A DNA stretch of 64,000 nucleotides from positions 2,048,001-2,112,000 of the forward strand of contig CAWHFW010000005.1 of the NCBI GenBank assembly GCA_963828735.1. The letters are read 5' to 3'. The notes under the pieces were generated by a model, which saw nothing but the letters and a program-made list of their open reading frames with translations, had not been told where the DNA came from and did no database searches. The position numbers were made by a program, and so were the translations under genes. The stretch comes from an uncultured Gemmatimonadales bacterium (GTDB lineage Bacteria > Gemmatimonadota > Gemmatimonadetes > Gemmatimonadales > GWC2-71-9). Shown here piece by piece: positions 10,432-20,761 of this stretch. Position 1 is the first letter of the stretch; every line of letters starts with the position of its first letter.

Positions 10432-12473
10432 GCCGCGGAAGACCGCTTCACGAGCGTGAGGATGGTGTAGACGGCGACCGGCTCGGCGCTCTGGTTGGTC
10501 ACCTCCACGTCCCACGCGACGACTCCCTGCGGCACCTGCCCGTCAACGGTATCTTTCGCCGTCTTCTGCTTGCAGGTGAGCCGGGCACGGATGGTGTCGC
10601 CGGGGTAGACCGGCTTCACGAAGCGGAGATTGTCCAGCCCATAGTTGGCCAGGACCGGTCCAGGCGCGGGATCCACGAAGAGCCCAGCGGCGGCGGAGAG
10701 GACGAAGTACCCGTGGGCCACGCGCCGCTCGAACAACGAGGCCTTCGCGGCGACATCGTCCATGTGGGCGTAGAAGAAGTCGCCGCTGATGCCGGCGAAA
10801 TTGACCACGTCCGCCTCGGTCACGGTCCGGCTGTGGGTCAGCCAGGTCTCCCCGATGCGCAGCTCCTCGAAGTGCTTGCGGAACGGATGGACACCGTCGC
10901 TCAGCTCGGGGCCGCCCTGGACCCATTGGCGCCCGACCGCCGTGAGTGTGGCGGGGGTCCCTTGCAGCGCGGAGCGCTGCATATAGTGAAGGACACCCCG
11001 GACGCCGCCCATCTCCTCACCGCCTCCGGCGCGCCCGGGCCCGCCGTGGATCAGAGGGGGCAGCGGCGAACCGTGCCCGGTGGACTCCTTCGCGTTGTGG
11101 CGATTGAGAACCATGAGCCGGCCGTGGTACGCGGCGGTGCCCAGCACGACCTCGCGGGCCACCACATCGTCCGCCGTGACGACCGACCCGCAGAGGCTGC
11201 CGCGGCCCAGCTTGGCGAGCGCGACCGCCTCGTCCAGCGTGCGGTATGGCATCACCGTGTTCACCGGACCAAACGCCTCCACGTCGTGCGGCTCGGTCTT
11301 CCCGAACGGCGCGTCACAGTAGTAGAGCAGCGACGGGAAGAAGGCGCCCTTCGCCGCGTCGGCGCCCACCACCTCGAAGTGATCCGGGTCGCCGTAGACC
11401 CGCTCGCACGACGCGGCGATCAACGCCGCGCTCCCGCCGACCTCGCCCACCTGGGCCCGGCCGGCCAGCGGCCCCATCCGGACCCCGTCCTTCGAGGGGT
11501 CGCCCAGCGTGGCGCCGGCAAGCCGCTTTGAGAGCGCCCGGACCACGTCTTCGGTCATCCCCTCGGGCACCATGGTGCGCCGGATGGCGGTGCACTTCTG
11601 CCCCGCCTTCACGGTCATCTCCTTCGTCACCTCTTTGACGAAGAGATCGAACTCCTCCGAGCCCGGCGCGGCATCGGGCCCGAGGATGCAGTAGTTGAGT
11701 GAGTCGGCCTCGAGGTTGAACCGGACCGATTCGGCGATCACGCGCGGGTGGCTCTTGAGCTTGCGGCCGGTTCCGGACGAGCCGGTGAAGGTGACGACGT
11801 CCTGGCAGGTCAGGTGGTCGAGCAGGTCGCCCACGCCGCCGCAGATGATCTGGAGCGCGCCCTCCGGGAGGATTCCCGCGCTCACCATGCTGCGCACCAT
11901 TCGCTCGGTGAGGTACGACGTGACGGTGGCCGGCTTGACGATGGCCGGCATGCCTGCGAGGAAGGTGGGCGCGAGCTTCTCCAGCATGCCCCAGCAGGGG
12001 AAGTTGAAGGCGTTGATGTGGACCGCCACCCCCTCGAGCGGCACGCATATGTGCCGGCCGAGAAAGCTGCCCCCCTTCGAGAGCCGCTCCACCGAGCCGT
12101 CGACGTAGAAGGTCTCGTCGGGGAACTCGCGGCGACCCTGGCTGGCATACGCGAAGAAGGTGCCGATGCCACCCTCGATGTCGATCCAGGAATCGGCCTT
12201 GGTCGCCCCCGTGCCGGCCGAGACCTGATACAACTCCTCTTTCCCGGCCATGAGATGCTGGGCCATCGCCTTGAGCATCCGGGCTCGCTGGTGGAACGTC
12301 ATCGCCCGCAGCTTGGGCCCGCCCACCCGGCGGCTGTACTCCAGCATGCCCTTGAAGTCGAGGCCCTCGCTGGTCGACTCCGCGATTTTCTCCCCGGTCA
12401 CCGCGTGAAACAGCTCGGTCGCCCGGCCGGTCCCGGTGACCCACTCACCCTGCGCGTAACTCTGCAGTCGCAT
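10428..12473 (-). CDS. paaZ: PaaZ oxepin-CoA hydrolase / 3-oxo-5,6-dehydrosuberyl-CoA semialdehyde dehydrogenase
   Basis: ALDH domain ([25 protein letters not shown]) fused to MaoC domain ([18 protein letters not shown]). Confidence 0.95.
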   Translation of the reverse strand: MRLQSYAQGEWVTGTGRATELFHAVTGEKIAESTSEGLDFKGMLEYSRRVGGPKLRAMTFHQRARMLKAMAQHLMAGKEELYQVSAGTGATKADSWIDIEGGIGTFFAYASQGRREFPDETFYVDGSVERLSKGGSFLGRHICVPLEGVAVHINAFNFPCWGMLEKLAPTFLAGMPAIVKPATVTSYLTERMVRSMVSAGILPEGALQIICGGVGDLLDHLTCQDVVTFTGSSGTGRKLKSHPRVIAESVRFNLEADSLNYCILGPDAAPGSEEFDLFVKEVTKEMTVKAGQKCTAIRRTMVPEGMTEDVVRALSKRLAGATLGDPSKDGVRMGPLAGRAQVGEVGGSAALIAASCERVYGDPDHFEVVGADAAKGAFFPSLLYYCDAPFGKTEPHDVEAFGPVNTVMPYRTLDEAVALAKLGRGSLCGSVVTADDVVAREVVLGTAAYHGRLMVLNRHNAKESTGHGSPLPPLIHGGPGRAGGGEEMGGVRGVLHYMQRSALQGTPATLTAVGRQWVQGGPELSDGVHPFRKHFEELRIGETWLTHSRTVTEADVVNFAGISGDFFYAHMDDVAAKASLFERRVAHGYFVLSAAAGLFVDPAPGPVLANYGLDNLRFVKPVYPGDTIRARLTCKQKTAKDTVDGQVPQGVVAWDVEVTNQSAEPVAVYTILTLVKRSSAA

Positions 12474-12476
12474 GCC

Positions 12477-13097
12477 TTACTCTCCGTCGGCCGGTGCCGC
12501 TGGTCTGGTCTCGTGCCACGTCTGGTATGACGCCTGCTGCTCGGGGCGGTCCGGCGGGATCTGGCGGAGCGGCTCGCTCGGCTGGAGCGACCGGTGCAGC
12601 CGTTGCGGCAGTCCCTGGTAGAGCCGGGTGCCCTCGGTCTTCCACTGGAGCATGGCGTCCGACACTTCCTTTACCACTCGGGCCGGATTTCCCGCGACGA
12701 CCGAGCGCGGCGCGATCTGCATATCGGCCGGGACAAAACAAAGGGCGCCGACGATCGATTCCGCGCCCACCACCGCCCGATCCATCACCACGGCGTTCAT
12801 CCCGACCAGCGCGTTCCGTCCGATCCGGGCCCCGTGTACCACCGCACCGTGGCCAATGTGCGCACTGGCCTCGAGCACGACGGTCACGCCGGGGAACATG
12901 TGAACGGTGCAGTTCTCCTGGATGTTGCAGCCGTCCTCGATGACCACACCGCCCCAGTCACCCCGAATCGCCGCGCCCGGCCCCACGTACACGTCCCGCC
13001 CGATCACGACGTTGCCGGTCACCGTGGCATTGGGATGAATGAAGGCCGACTCGTGGACCACGGGGATGAAACCTTCGAACGCGAAGACGTTGGGCAC
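12477..13097 (-). CDS. paaY: PaaY hexapeptide-repeat protein
   Basis: GTG start; FAFEGFIPVVHESAFIHP, IRGDWG, HIGHGAVVHG; paa context. Confidence 0.88.
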   Translation of the reverse strand: MPNVFAFEGFIPVVHESAFIHPNATVTGNVVIGRDVYVGPGAAIRGDWGGVVIEDGCNIQENCTVHMFPGVTVVLEASAHIGHGAVVHGARIGRNALVGMNAVVMDRAVVGAESIVGALCFVPADMQIAPRSVVAGNPARVVKEVSDAMLQWKTEGTRLYQGLPQRLHRSLQPSEPLRQIPPDRPEQQASYQTWHETRPAAPADGE

Positions 13098-13102
13098 GAG
13101 CC

Positions 13103-14320
13103 CTACACCCGGGCGATGATCGTCGCCATGCCCTGTCCCACTCCGACACACATGGTGCAGAGCGCGTACCTCTTGCCGGTTTCCTTGAGCTCGTGGGCCG
13201 CGGTGAGCAGCAGCCGGGCGCCGGACATTCCGAGCGGGTGCCCGAGGGCGATGGCGCCGCCGTTGGGATTGACTCGGGGATCCCGGTCGTCGAGGCCGAG
13301 CTGCCGGACACAAGCGAGCACCTGGGCCGCGAAGGCTTCGTTGAGCTCGATGACGTCCATGTCGGGAAGGGTGAGCTTGGTCTTGGCCAGGATCCTGCGC
13401 GTCGCGGGAACCGGCCCGAGTCCCATGGTCCGGGGCTCGACGCCCACGACCGCGCTCGCGACGATGCGCGCCAGCGGCGTGAAGCCGAACTCGCCCACCG
13501 CGTGCTCCGAGGCCAGCAGCAAGGCGCACGCGCCGTCGTTGATCCCCGACGAGTTGCCCGCGGTGACGCTCCCCTTGCCGTCGGTGCGGAACGCGGGTTT
13601 GAGCTTGCTGAGCTTCTCCAGGGTCGAGTCCGGGCGGGGGAACTCGTCCTGCGCGAAGAGGCGGCCTGGCTCGCCCCTGGAAGCACCGGGCACTGCGACA
13701 GGCACGATCTCACTCTGGAATCGACAGCGCTGCTGGCTGGCGGCGGTCTTCTGCTGCGACCACAGGGCGAACTGGTCCTGGTCCGCCCGATTGACCCTGA
13801 GCTCCGTTGCCACGTTCTCCGCGGTCTCCCCCATGGAGTCCACGCCGTAGAGCTCACGCATCTTGGGATTGACGAAGCGCCAGCCGAGGCTGGTATCGAA
13901 CAGCTCCGCATTCCGGGCGAACGCCTGACTCGACTTGGACAGCACGTAGGGCGCCCGGGTCATCTGCTCGACGCCGCCGGCGATATAGAGGTCGCCGTCA
14001 CCCTCGCGCATGGCTCGGCTCGCGTTTGCCACCGCGCTCATGCCGCTGGCGCACAGCCGATTGACGGTCTCGCCGGGCACCGAGACCGGAAGCCCCGCAA
14101 GGAGTAGCGCCATCCGGGCGACGTTGCGGTTGTCCTCCCCCGCCTGGTTGGCGCACCCGAGCATGACATCGCTGATGCGCTCCCGATCCAGACCCGGGTG
14201 ACGATCGAGCAGCTTGGCGATCACGTGCGCCGCCAGATCGTCGGCCCGCATGTGGGCCAGGCTCCCGCCAAAGCTGCCGATCGGCGTACGCACGCCGTCG
14301 ACGAGGTATACGGGCTTCAT
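13103..14320 (-). CDS. paaJ: 3-oxoadipyl-CoA thiolase (PaaJ/PcaF)
   Basis: GCANQAGEDNRNVARM, NRLCASG, NEAFA, GHPLG, CVGVGQG. Confidence 0.93.
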   Translation of the reverse strand: MKPVYLVDGVRTPIGSFGGSLAHMRADDLAAHVIAKLLDRHPGLDRERISDVMLGCANQAGEDNRNVARMALLLAGLPVSVPGETVNRLCASGMSAVANASRAMREGDGDLYIAGGVEQMTRAPYVLSKSSQAFARNAELFDTSLGWRFVNPKMRELYGVDSMGETAENVATELRVNRADQDQFALWSQQKTAASQQRCRFQSEIVPVAVPGASRGEPGRLFAQDEFPRPDSTLEKLSKLKPAFRTDGKGSVTAGNSSGINDGACALLLASEHAVGEFGFTPLARIVASAVVGVEPRTMGLGPVPATRRILAKTKLTLPDMDVIELNEAFAAQVLACVRQLGLDDRDPRVNPNGGAIALGHPLGMSGARLLLTAAHELKETGKRYALCTMCVGVGQGMATIIARV

Positions 14321-14388
14321 GGGCAGTCACGTAACGTGGTCATCGGAACTGAATTATAGACGGATGAGCGGGAATGAACCACGGAGGG

Positions 14389-14561
14389 AATTCACCACGG
14401 AAGCACGGAGGACACGGAGGTCGGACGGAGTTCTTAGCGACGTACTTCTCATGCTCTGATGTGTACTTGGGGTGCCCCGCCACGCCACACCAAAAACATT
14501 GCTGCAGTGACCTTGCAGTTTCCGTGCGGCCTCCGTGTCCTCCGTGCTTCCGTGGTGAATT
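14389..14561. repeat. Empty inverted-repeat pair (family 1)
   Basis: Perfect 32-bp IR AATTCACCACGGAAGCACGGAGGACACGGAGG (14389-14420) with its reverse complement at 14530-14561; 109-bp spacer. Confidence 0.92.
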
Positions 14562-14676
14562 TGTTGTTCCAAGCTGTGCACCGGGGTACCCCCCAACCTC
14601 ATCAGCGAGGTGGTGTTACTACGGTCGCCGTTCCGATGTATTATCCACCCTCGCCAACGCGTCGAGAGGACCATCG

Positions 14677-15462
14677 ATGGCCTATCGGTTCATTCTGTTC
14701 GAGGTCGATCAGGGCGTCGCGCGCATCACCTTGAACCGACCCGACGTCCTCAACAGCATCCACACCGCGATGTCGGCCGAGATCCAGGAAGCCCTGGCGC
14801 ATGCCGCACAGGAGCCCGAGATCCGCGCCGTGCTCCTGACTGGCGCGGGACGCGGCTTCTGCGCAGGCCAGGACCTGGACGAAGTTCGCCCCGGCGCCAC
14901 CGTGAATGACTTCGCGGCCCACGCCCGGAAAGCGTACACGCCGATAGTCCGCACGCTTCGAGCGCTCGAGAAGCCGGTGATCTGCGCCGTCAACGGGGTT
15001 GCCGCCGGAGCCGGGGCGAACCTGGCCCTCGCGTGCGACCTGGTCCTGGCCGCGGAGGATGCTTCCTTCGTGCAGGTGTTCGCGAAGATCGGCCTGGTAC
15101 CGGACACGGGTGGGAGCTTCTTCCTGCCCCGGCTGGTGGGACTGGCGCGGGCGACGGCGCTCGCGATGTTGGCCGAGAAGATTACGGCGGCGCAGGCGGT
15201 GGAGATCGGGCTGATCTACCGGGCGTGCCCGGCCGCCTCCCTCGCCGAAGAGGCATCGAAGCTCGCCCTCCACCTTGCCGCCCAACCGACGGTCGGCCTC
15301 GGCCTCACGAAGCGGCTGCTGAACGCCGCCTGGGGCAACGACCTGGAGACGCAGCTCGAGCTCGAGGCTGAGTGCCAGGGCACCGCCGGACGCAGCGCGG
15401 ACTACGCCGAGGGAGTGGCGGCGTTCCTCGCGAAGCGGAAGCCGATCTTCACCGGACGGTGA
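14677..15462 (+). CDS. paaG: PaaG epoxyphenylacetyl-CoA isomerase (crotonase family)
   Basis: GRGFCAGQDL, NGVAAGAGANLALACD, GLVPDTGGSFFLPRLVG. Confidence 0.88.
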   Translation: MAYRFILFEVDQGVARITLNRPDVLNSIHTAMSAEIQEALAHAAQEPEIRAVLLTGAGRGFCAGQDLDEVRPGATVNDFAAHARKAYTPIVRTLRALEKPVICAVNGVAAGAGANLALACDLVLAAEDASFVQVFAKIGLVPDTGGSFFLPRLVGLARATALAMLAEKITAAQAVEIGLIYRACPAASLAEEASKLALHLAAQPTVGLGLTKRLLNAAWGNDLETQLELEAECQGTAGRSADYAEGVAAFLAKRKPIFTGR

Positions 15463-15465
15463 CGC

Positions 15466-16654
15466 GTGCCAGCCTCGGACTCTGAGACCGCTTGCGTGGG
15501 TGTCCTCGGGGCGGGTCCCATGGGCAGCGGGATCGCCCAGGTCGCCGCCGTAGCGGGACATCCGGTCGTCCTGCAGGACCTCGACGAGGGGGCGATCACC
15601 CGGGCGCGCGCCGGGATCGAGAAGGCGCTCGCTCGGGAGACCGAGAAGGGCCGCTTGACCCGCTCGGCCGCCGAGGCGGCGCGGGGGCGCGTCCGGTACG
15701 TGGTGGGCGGCGATGTGAGCGGGTTTGCATCCTGTCAGCTCGTCATCGAGGCGATCGTCGAGCGGCTGGGGCCCAAGCGCGAGAGCTTCGCCGCGCTCGA
15801 GCGGGTGGTCGCGCCGGACGCGATGCTCGCGACCAACACCTCCGCCCTGTCCATCACCGCCATCGCTGCCGCGTGCCAGCGCCCCGAGCGGGTGGTCGGC
15901 CTGCACTTCTTCAATCCCGCGCCGATGATGCCGCTGGTGGAGGTGGTCCCGCGGGCACGCGACGCCGGGCGCCCTGGTCGATGCCGCCTGCGCTCTGGTG
16001 CAACGCTGGGGCAAGACCACCGTCGTCGCCGCGGATACCCCGGGCTTCATCGTGAACCGGATCGCCCGACCCTTCTACGGCGAGGCGCTCCGGATCCTTG
16101 ATGAAGGCATCGCCGATTGCGCTACCATCGACTGGGCCATGCGGACGCTCGGCGGCTTCAGGATGGGACCCTTCGAGCTCATGGACCTGATCGGCAACGA
16201 CGTGAACTTCGCGGTGACGTTGGCGGTCTACGAGGGGCTCTTTTTCGATCCGCGCTACAAGCCCTCGCTCACGCAGCGACGGCTGGTCGATGCCAATCTG
16301 CTCGGACGGAAGACCGGCCGGGGCTACTACGACTACGGCGACGGTGCGGTCCGACCGGCACCGAGGGAGGATCCGGCCCTCGGGCGATCGATCCTGGAGC
16401 GGATCCTGACGATGCTGATCAACGAGGCGGTCGACGCCGTCTTCTGGGGCGTCGCCACGCCGGCGGACATCGACGTCGCGATGGTGAAGGGAGTCAGCTA
16501 CCCCAGAGGGCTCATCGCGTGGGCCGAGGAGCTCGGGTATCCGTTCGCGCTCGAGCGCCTGGAACACCTGCAGGCGGAGTACGCGGAGGATCGCTACCGG
16601 CCGAGCCCACTGCTCCGGCGCCTTGCCGCATCCGGTGGAACGCTCCGCGGGTGA
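15466..16654 (+). pseudogene. paaH: PaaH 3-hydroxyadipyl-CoA dehydrogenase, +1 frameshift near 15951 (possibly sequencing error)
   Basis: GAGPMGSGIA, ATNTSALS, GLHFFNPAP in one frame; continues GHATPGALVDAACALVQRWGKT...DTPGFIVNRIARPFYGEA in the next frame. Confidence 0.88.
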
Positions 16655-17106
16655 GCTCCCTGCCGGCTGACCCCGAGCTGCGCGCGGCGGCCATCGTCCG
16701 CCACATGCTGGAGCATGACGCCTTCAGTCAGTGGTTGGGCGTGGAGATCGTGGAATTGAGGCCGGCTCGGGTGACCCTTCGCATGGCCGTGCGCCAGGAT
16801 ATGACCAACGGATTCGGGGTGTGCCACGGCGGGGTCACGTTCGCCTTCGCCGATAGCGCGCTGGCCTTCGTCAGCAACACCGGCGGAAAGGTGACGGTCA
16901 GTATCGAGAACAGCATGACGTACCCGGCGGCCGTGCGGGTCGGCGACCTGCTGCTGGCCGAGGCGGAGCGGGAGGCGAGCAGCCAGCGGCTGGCGTATTA
17001 CCGAGTGCGAGTCACCAGGGGGGATGGCGCCGTGGTCGCACTCTTCCGCGGCACGGTGTTCCAGACAGACCGGGAGCACGACGTGGGGCGAGATGGGAGT
17101 GAGTGA
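16651..17106 (+). CDS. paaI: PaaI acyl-CoA thioesterase
   Basis: DAFSQWLG, NGFGVCHGGVTFAFADSALAF; GTGA overlap. Confidence 0.9.
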   Translation: MSSLPADPELRAAAIVRHMLEHDAFSQWLGVEIVELRPARVTLRMAVRQDMTNGFGVCHGGVTFAFADSALAFVSNTGGKVTVSIENSMTYPAAVRVGDLLLAEAEREASSQRLAYYRVRVTRGDGAVVALFRGTVFQTDREHDVGRDGSE

Positions 17107-19198
17107 AGCGCGGGCGCCCGGCGCCGCCGGGGTCGACCCCAGGATCGACTGGAAGCGGGTGCTCTACTTGAGCCTCGCCTCGCGGGCGCTGGATGACATC
17201 GAGGAGACCCGTCTCGTCCCCGAACAGAAGGTGCTCTACCAATTCTCTGCTCGCGGGCACGAGATGGCGCAGGTCATCCTGGGCAGCCTGTTGGACCACC
17301 CGCACGATGCCGTGGGCGCCTACTACCGGTCGCGACCGATGCTCCTGACGCTCGGCCTCTCGCTGGAGGACGCGTTCGCGGCCCCCATGGGAAAGTCGGG
17401 CGGCTTCAGCAACGGCCGGGACATCGGAGTGGTGTGCAATCTGCCGAAGGCGGACGGCCCCATCGTGCTCCCGATGTCCGGGGACGTCGGCTCCCAGTAC
17501 ACGCCGGCGGTTGGGTGGGCACAGGGCGTTACCTACCATCGTGACGTACTGGGCGACAGCGGCTACGACGGCTCGATCGCCGTGGTGCTGGGCGGCGAGG
17601 CCTCCGTCGCGACCAATGGCTTCTGGTCGGCGCTGACGATCGCCACGACCCTCACCCTGCCGCTGCTCTTCTATATAGAGGACAACGGCTACGGCATCTC
17701 GGTGCCGTCCAGCTTCCAGACGCCGGGCGGCGACATCGCGGCCAACCTCGCCTCGTTCCGAAATCTTCTCGTGCGGAACGGCGACGGCTCCGAGCCCAGC
17801 GAGGCGGCTCGTCTGCTCCAGGAGACGGTGACCCACGTTCGGGCGGGCAAGGGCCCCGCCTTGCTCCGGCTCGCCGTGCCGCGGTTGAGCGGGCATTCGG
17901 CGCAGGACACCCAGGCGTACAAGAGCCAGGAGCGCCTGGCCCAGGAGCAGGCCAGCGATCCGCTGCCCAAGCTGTATCAGCTCCTTCGGAGCGGGACGCT
18001 GTCGGAGTCGGCCATCGCGGCGGTCGAGGCGCAGGTCAAGGCTGACGTGGACAGGGCCCTCGGAGCCGCGCTGGCGCGGCCTGAGCCCGAGCCGTCCGAT
18101 GTGACCAGGCACGTGTATGCCGCCACCCGGCCCGATGGTACCACGGAGCTTCAACTGGTTGGCGGGCTCGCTCCGGCTGGACACCGATTCCCTCCGGGCA
18201 GCGAGGTAGCGCGACCCGAGCCCACTCGCATCAACCTGCTCACCGCCATCCGGCGGACGCTGGAGCACGAGCTCACGACGAACCCCAAGATGCTGCTCTT
18301 CGGAGAGGACGTGGGCCCCAAGGGTGGCGTGCACGCTGCGACCATGGGGCTGCAGGCGGCCTTCGGGGAGCGACGGGTATTCGACACCAGCCTCTCGGAG
18401 GAGGGCATCATCGGTCGCGCGGTCGGCCTGGCGCTCTCTGGTCTCCTGCCCGTCGCGGAGATCCAGTTCCGCAAGTACGCCGATCCCGCCACCGAGCAGC
18501 TCAACAACTGCGGCACGATGCGCTGGCGGACGCACAACCGCTTCGCCGCCCCCATCGTCGTGCGGATGCCGGGCGGGTACGCGCCGAAATGCGGGGATCC
18601 ATGGCACAGCGTCTGTGGCGAAGTGCTCTGGGTGCACGCCACCGGATGGCAGGTCTGCATCCCGTCGAACGCGGAGGACGCCGTGGGTCTCCTTCGTTCG
18701 GCGCTCCGGGGCAACAACCCGACGATCTTCTTCGAGCACCGGGCGCTGCTCGATGGGGCATCGGCCCGACGGCCGTACCCGGGCGACGACTTCGTGCTTC
18801 CGCTCGGCAAGGCCAAGGTCGTCCTCGACGGCGAACGGCTCACGGTGGTCACGTGGGGCGCCATGGTGGAACGATGCGAGCGCGCCGTGCGCGAGCTCGA
18901 GGAGTCGATCGAAGTGCTCGACCTCCGCACCGTGGCGCCATGGGACCAGACTGCGGTGCTCGCCTCGGTCCGGAAGACCCGGCGCTGCCTGATCGTCCAC
19001 GAAGACACCCTCACGGCCGGATTCGGCGCGGAGGTCGCCGCGGTGGTCGCGGAGCAGGCGTTCCTGAGCCTCGACGCGCCGATCTCCCGCCTCGCGATTC
19101 CGGACGTGCCGACGCCGTACAACCTCGGACTGATGAACGCCGTACTTCCCAGTGTCGAGGGGATCGCGGCCAAAATGCAGGAACTGCTCGAGTTCTGA
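17093..19198 (+). CDS. 2-oxoacid dehydrogenase E1, fused alpha+beta subunits
   Basis: ThDP-type motif GEASVATNGFWS...EDNGYGIS; GEDVGPKGGV, RVFDTSLSEEGIIG, EIQFRKY. Confidence 0.9.
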   Translation: MGVSEARAPGAAGVDPRIDWKRVLYLSLASRALDDIEETRLVPEQKVLYQFSARGHEMAQVILGSLLDHPHDAVGAYYRSRPMLLTLGLSLEDAFAAPMGKSGGFSNGRDIGVVCNLPKADGPIVLPMSGDVGSQYTPAVGWAQGVTYHRDVLGDSGYDGSIAVVLGGEASVATNGFWSALTIATTLTLPLLFYIEDNGYGISVPSSFQTPGGDIAANLASFRNLLVRNGDGSEPSEAARLLQETVTHVRAGKGPALLRLAVPRLSGHSAQDTQAYKSQERLAQEQASDPLPKLYQLLRSGTLSESAIAAVEAQVKADVDRALGAALARPEPEPSDVTRHVYAATRPDGTTELQLVGGLAPAGHRFPPGSEVARPEPTRINLLTAIRRTLEHELTTNPKMLLFGEDVGPKGGVHAATMGLQAAFGERRVFDTSLSEEGIIGRAVGLALSGLLPVAEIQFRKYADPATEQLNNCGTMRWRTHNRFAAPIVVRMPGGYAPKCGDPWHSVCGEVLWVHATGWQVCIPSNAEDAVGLLRSALRGNNPTIFFEHRALLDGASARRPYPGDDFVLPLGKAKVVLDGERLTVVTWGAMVERCERAVRELEESIEVLDLRTVAPWDQTAVLASVRKTRRCLIVHEDTLTAGFGAEVAAVVAEQAFLSLDAPISRLAIPDVPTPYNLGLMNAVLPSVEGIAAKMQELLEF

Positions 19199-19212
19199 TC
19201 GAGGAATCCGGA

Positions 19213-20397
19213 ATGGCAGAGCTGATTCCGATCGCGGCGCCGGCCGACCAGGCCGAGGGGACCGAGATGGTCGTGGGGACGTGGCTCAAGAACGTGGGCG
19301 AGTCCGTCACCCAGAACGAGCCGGTGCTCGAGATCACTACCGACAAGGTGACGGTGGAGATCGCCGCACCCGCCACCGGCATCCTCCGTGAGATCCTCAA
19401 GTCGGCGGATCAGTCGATCCAGGCCGGTGAGGTGCTGGGCCGCATCGAGGTGGGTGGGGCTGCGGCTGCTGGGCCCACTCCGGCGCGCGAGCCCACCTCG
19501 AGGGCCGAGCCCACCCCGACCGGCGGGCCCGCGTCCACGAGCGCTGAGCTGACCCCGGCCGTCCGCCGGCTGCTCGCCCAGCATGGTCTCGAGGCGTCGA
19601 CCATCAGCGGCACGGGCCGAGGCGGGCGGATCACGGTGCAGGACGTCGAGGCGCACATCGCCTCGCGCCCGACGACACCTGCCAACGCCGAGCCGGGCGC
19701 CTATCCCAGCCGCAAGGTGCCCCACACCGGGATGCGCCGCAGCATCGCCCAGCACATGGTGCAGAGCGTCGCGGTGGCGCCGCACGTCACCACGGTCTTC
19801 GAAGCCGATCTCTCCGCGATCGTCTCTCACCGTGAGGCCCACCGCGCTGCCTTCGAGGCGGACGGGGTCAAGCTCACCTATACCGCCTATTTCATCCGCG
19901 CGAGCGTCGCCGCGCTGCAGGCCGTGCCGGAGGTGAACAGCCGGTGGCATGACGACGCGCTGGAGCTGTTCGGCGACTGCAACATCGGCGTCGCCACCGC
20001 GCTCCCGCAGGGTGGCCTCATCCTGCCCGTCATCCACCGCGCCCAGACGCTCGACCTGCGGGCCACCGCGGAGCGTCTGCATGACCTGACCCAGCGCGCC
20101 CGAAGCGGCACCCTCGCGCCGAGCGACGTGCAGCACGGCACCTTCTCGATCTCCAATCACGGCGTGAGCGGCAGCCTCCTCGCGGCGCCGATCGTCATTC
20201 CGCAGCCGCAGTCGGCGATTCTCGGCGTCGGCAAGCTGGAGCGGCGGCCGGTGGCGCGGGAGCAGGGCGGGAAGGATGTGGTGGAGGTGCGGCCGATGTG
20301 CTACGTGACGCTCACCATCGACCATCGCGTGCTCGACGGCTATCAGGCGAACGCGTTCCTGGCCCGCTGGGTGGAGGAGATCGAGGGTTGGCGTTGA
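19213..20397 (+). CDS. 2-oxoacid dehydrogenase E2 dihydrolipoamide acyltransferase
   Basis: Lipoyl domain EITTDKVTVE; GTGRGGRIT binding domain; catalytic DHRVLDG. Confidence 0.93.
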   Translation: MAELIPIAAPADQAEGTEMVVGTWLKNVGESVTQNEPVLEITTDKVTVEIAAPATGILREILKSADQSIQAGEVLGRIEVGGAAAAGPTPAREPTSRAEPTPTGGPASTSAELTPAVRRLLAQHGLEASTISGTGRGGRITVQDVEAHIASRPTTPANAEPGAYPSRKVPHTGMRRSIAQHMVQSVAVAPHVTTVFEADLSAIVSHREAHRAAFEADGVKLTYTAYFIRASVAALQAVPEVNSRWHDDALELFGDCNIGVATALPQGGLILPVIHRAQTLDLRATAERLHDLTQRARSGTLAPSDVQHGTFSISNHGVSGSLLAAPIVIPQPQSAILGVGKLERRPVAREQGGKDVVEVRPMCYVTLTIDHRVLDGYQANAFLARWVEEIEGWR

Positions 20398-20656
20398 TGT
20401 AGCTGCATGGTTTACCTGGCGTCGGCCGGGCTGTTTCCCTTTTGGAGCAGCCCCTGGTTCGTTGCTGCAGCTCGACCGCTGCTGCGGTCACCCACCGATT
20501 CAGGTTGGGCTTGCCGGAAAGTGATGGGTTGCCCCTTTCTCTGATCCGCGCCCCGCAGGATTCCCCCCATGATGCCGATCCGACCACCAGGATGGGAGCT
20601 TGGCGGCAGCGGCCGCTGGTCCCCACAAGAGACTGACCCACAGCGAGTTGCCCCTC

Positions 20657-20698
20657 GTGATTCCCAGGTGATTCGGGCGTGACCGCCGGCCGTATACT
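20657..20698 (+). promoter_or_regulatory. Three GTGA boxes at 11-bp spacing plus TATACT -10-like hexamer
   Basis: GTGA at 20657, 20668, 20679; TATACT at 20693; same geometry at 59271-59312. Confidence 0.55.
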
Positions 20699-20761
20699 GA
20701 CCGCGTCAATGAAGCCGGCACCCGAACTCACGCACCGGGATTACCCTCCCGAGGAGAAACA

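Noticed and set aside
15940..15965. Programmed ribosomal frameshift in paaH (also abmA and the hydrolase)
   Set aside because: No slippery heptamer or stimulatory structure; a simple indel explains it
17012..20325. Long antisense ORFs (17012..19000, 18151..20325) and many similar ones in the track
   Set aside because: Shadow frames of high-GC genes; no recognisable motifs
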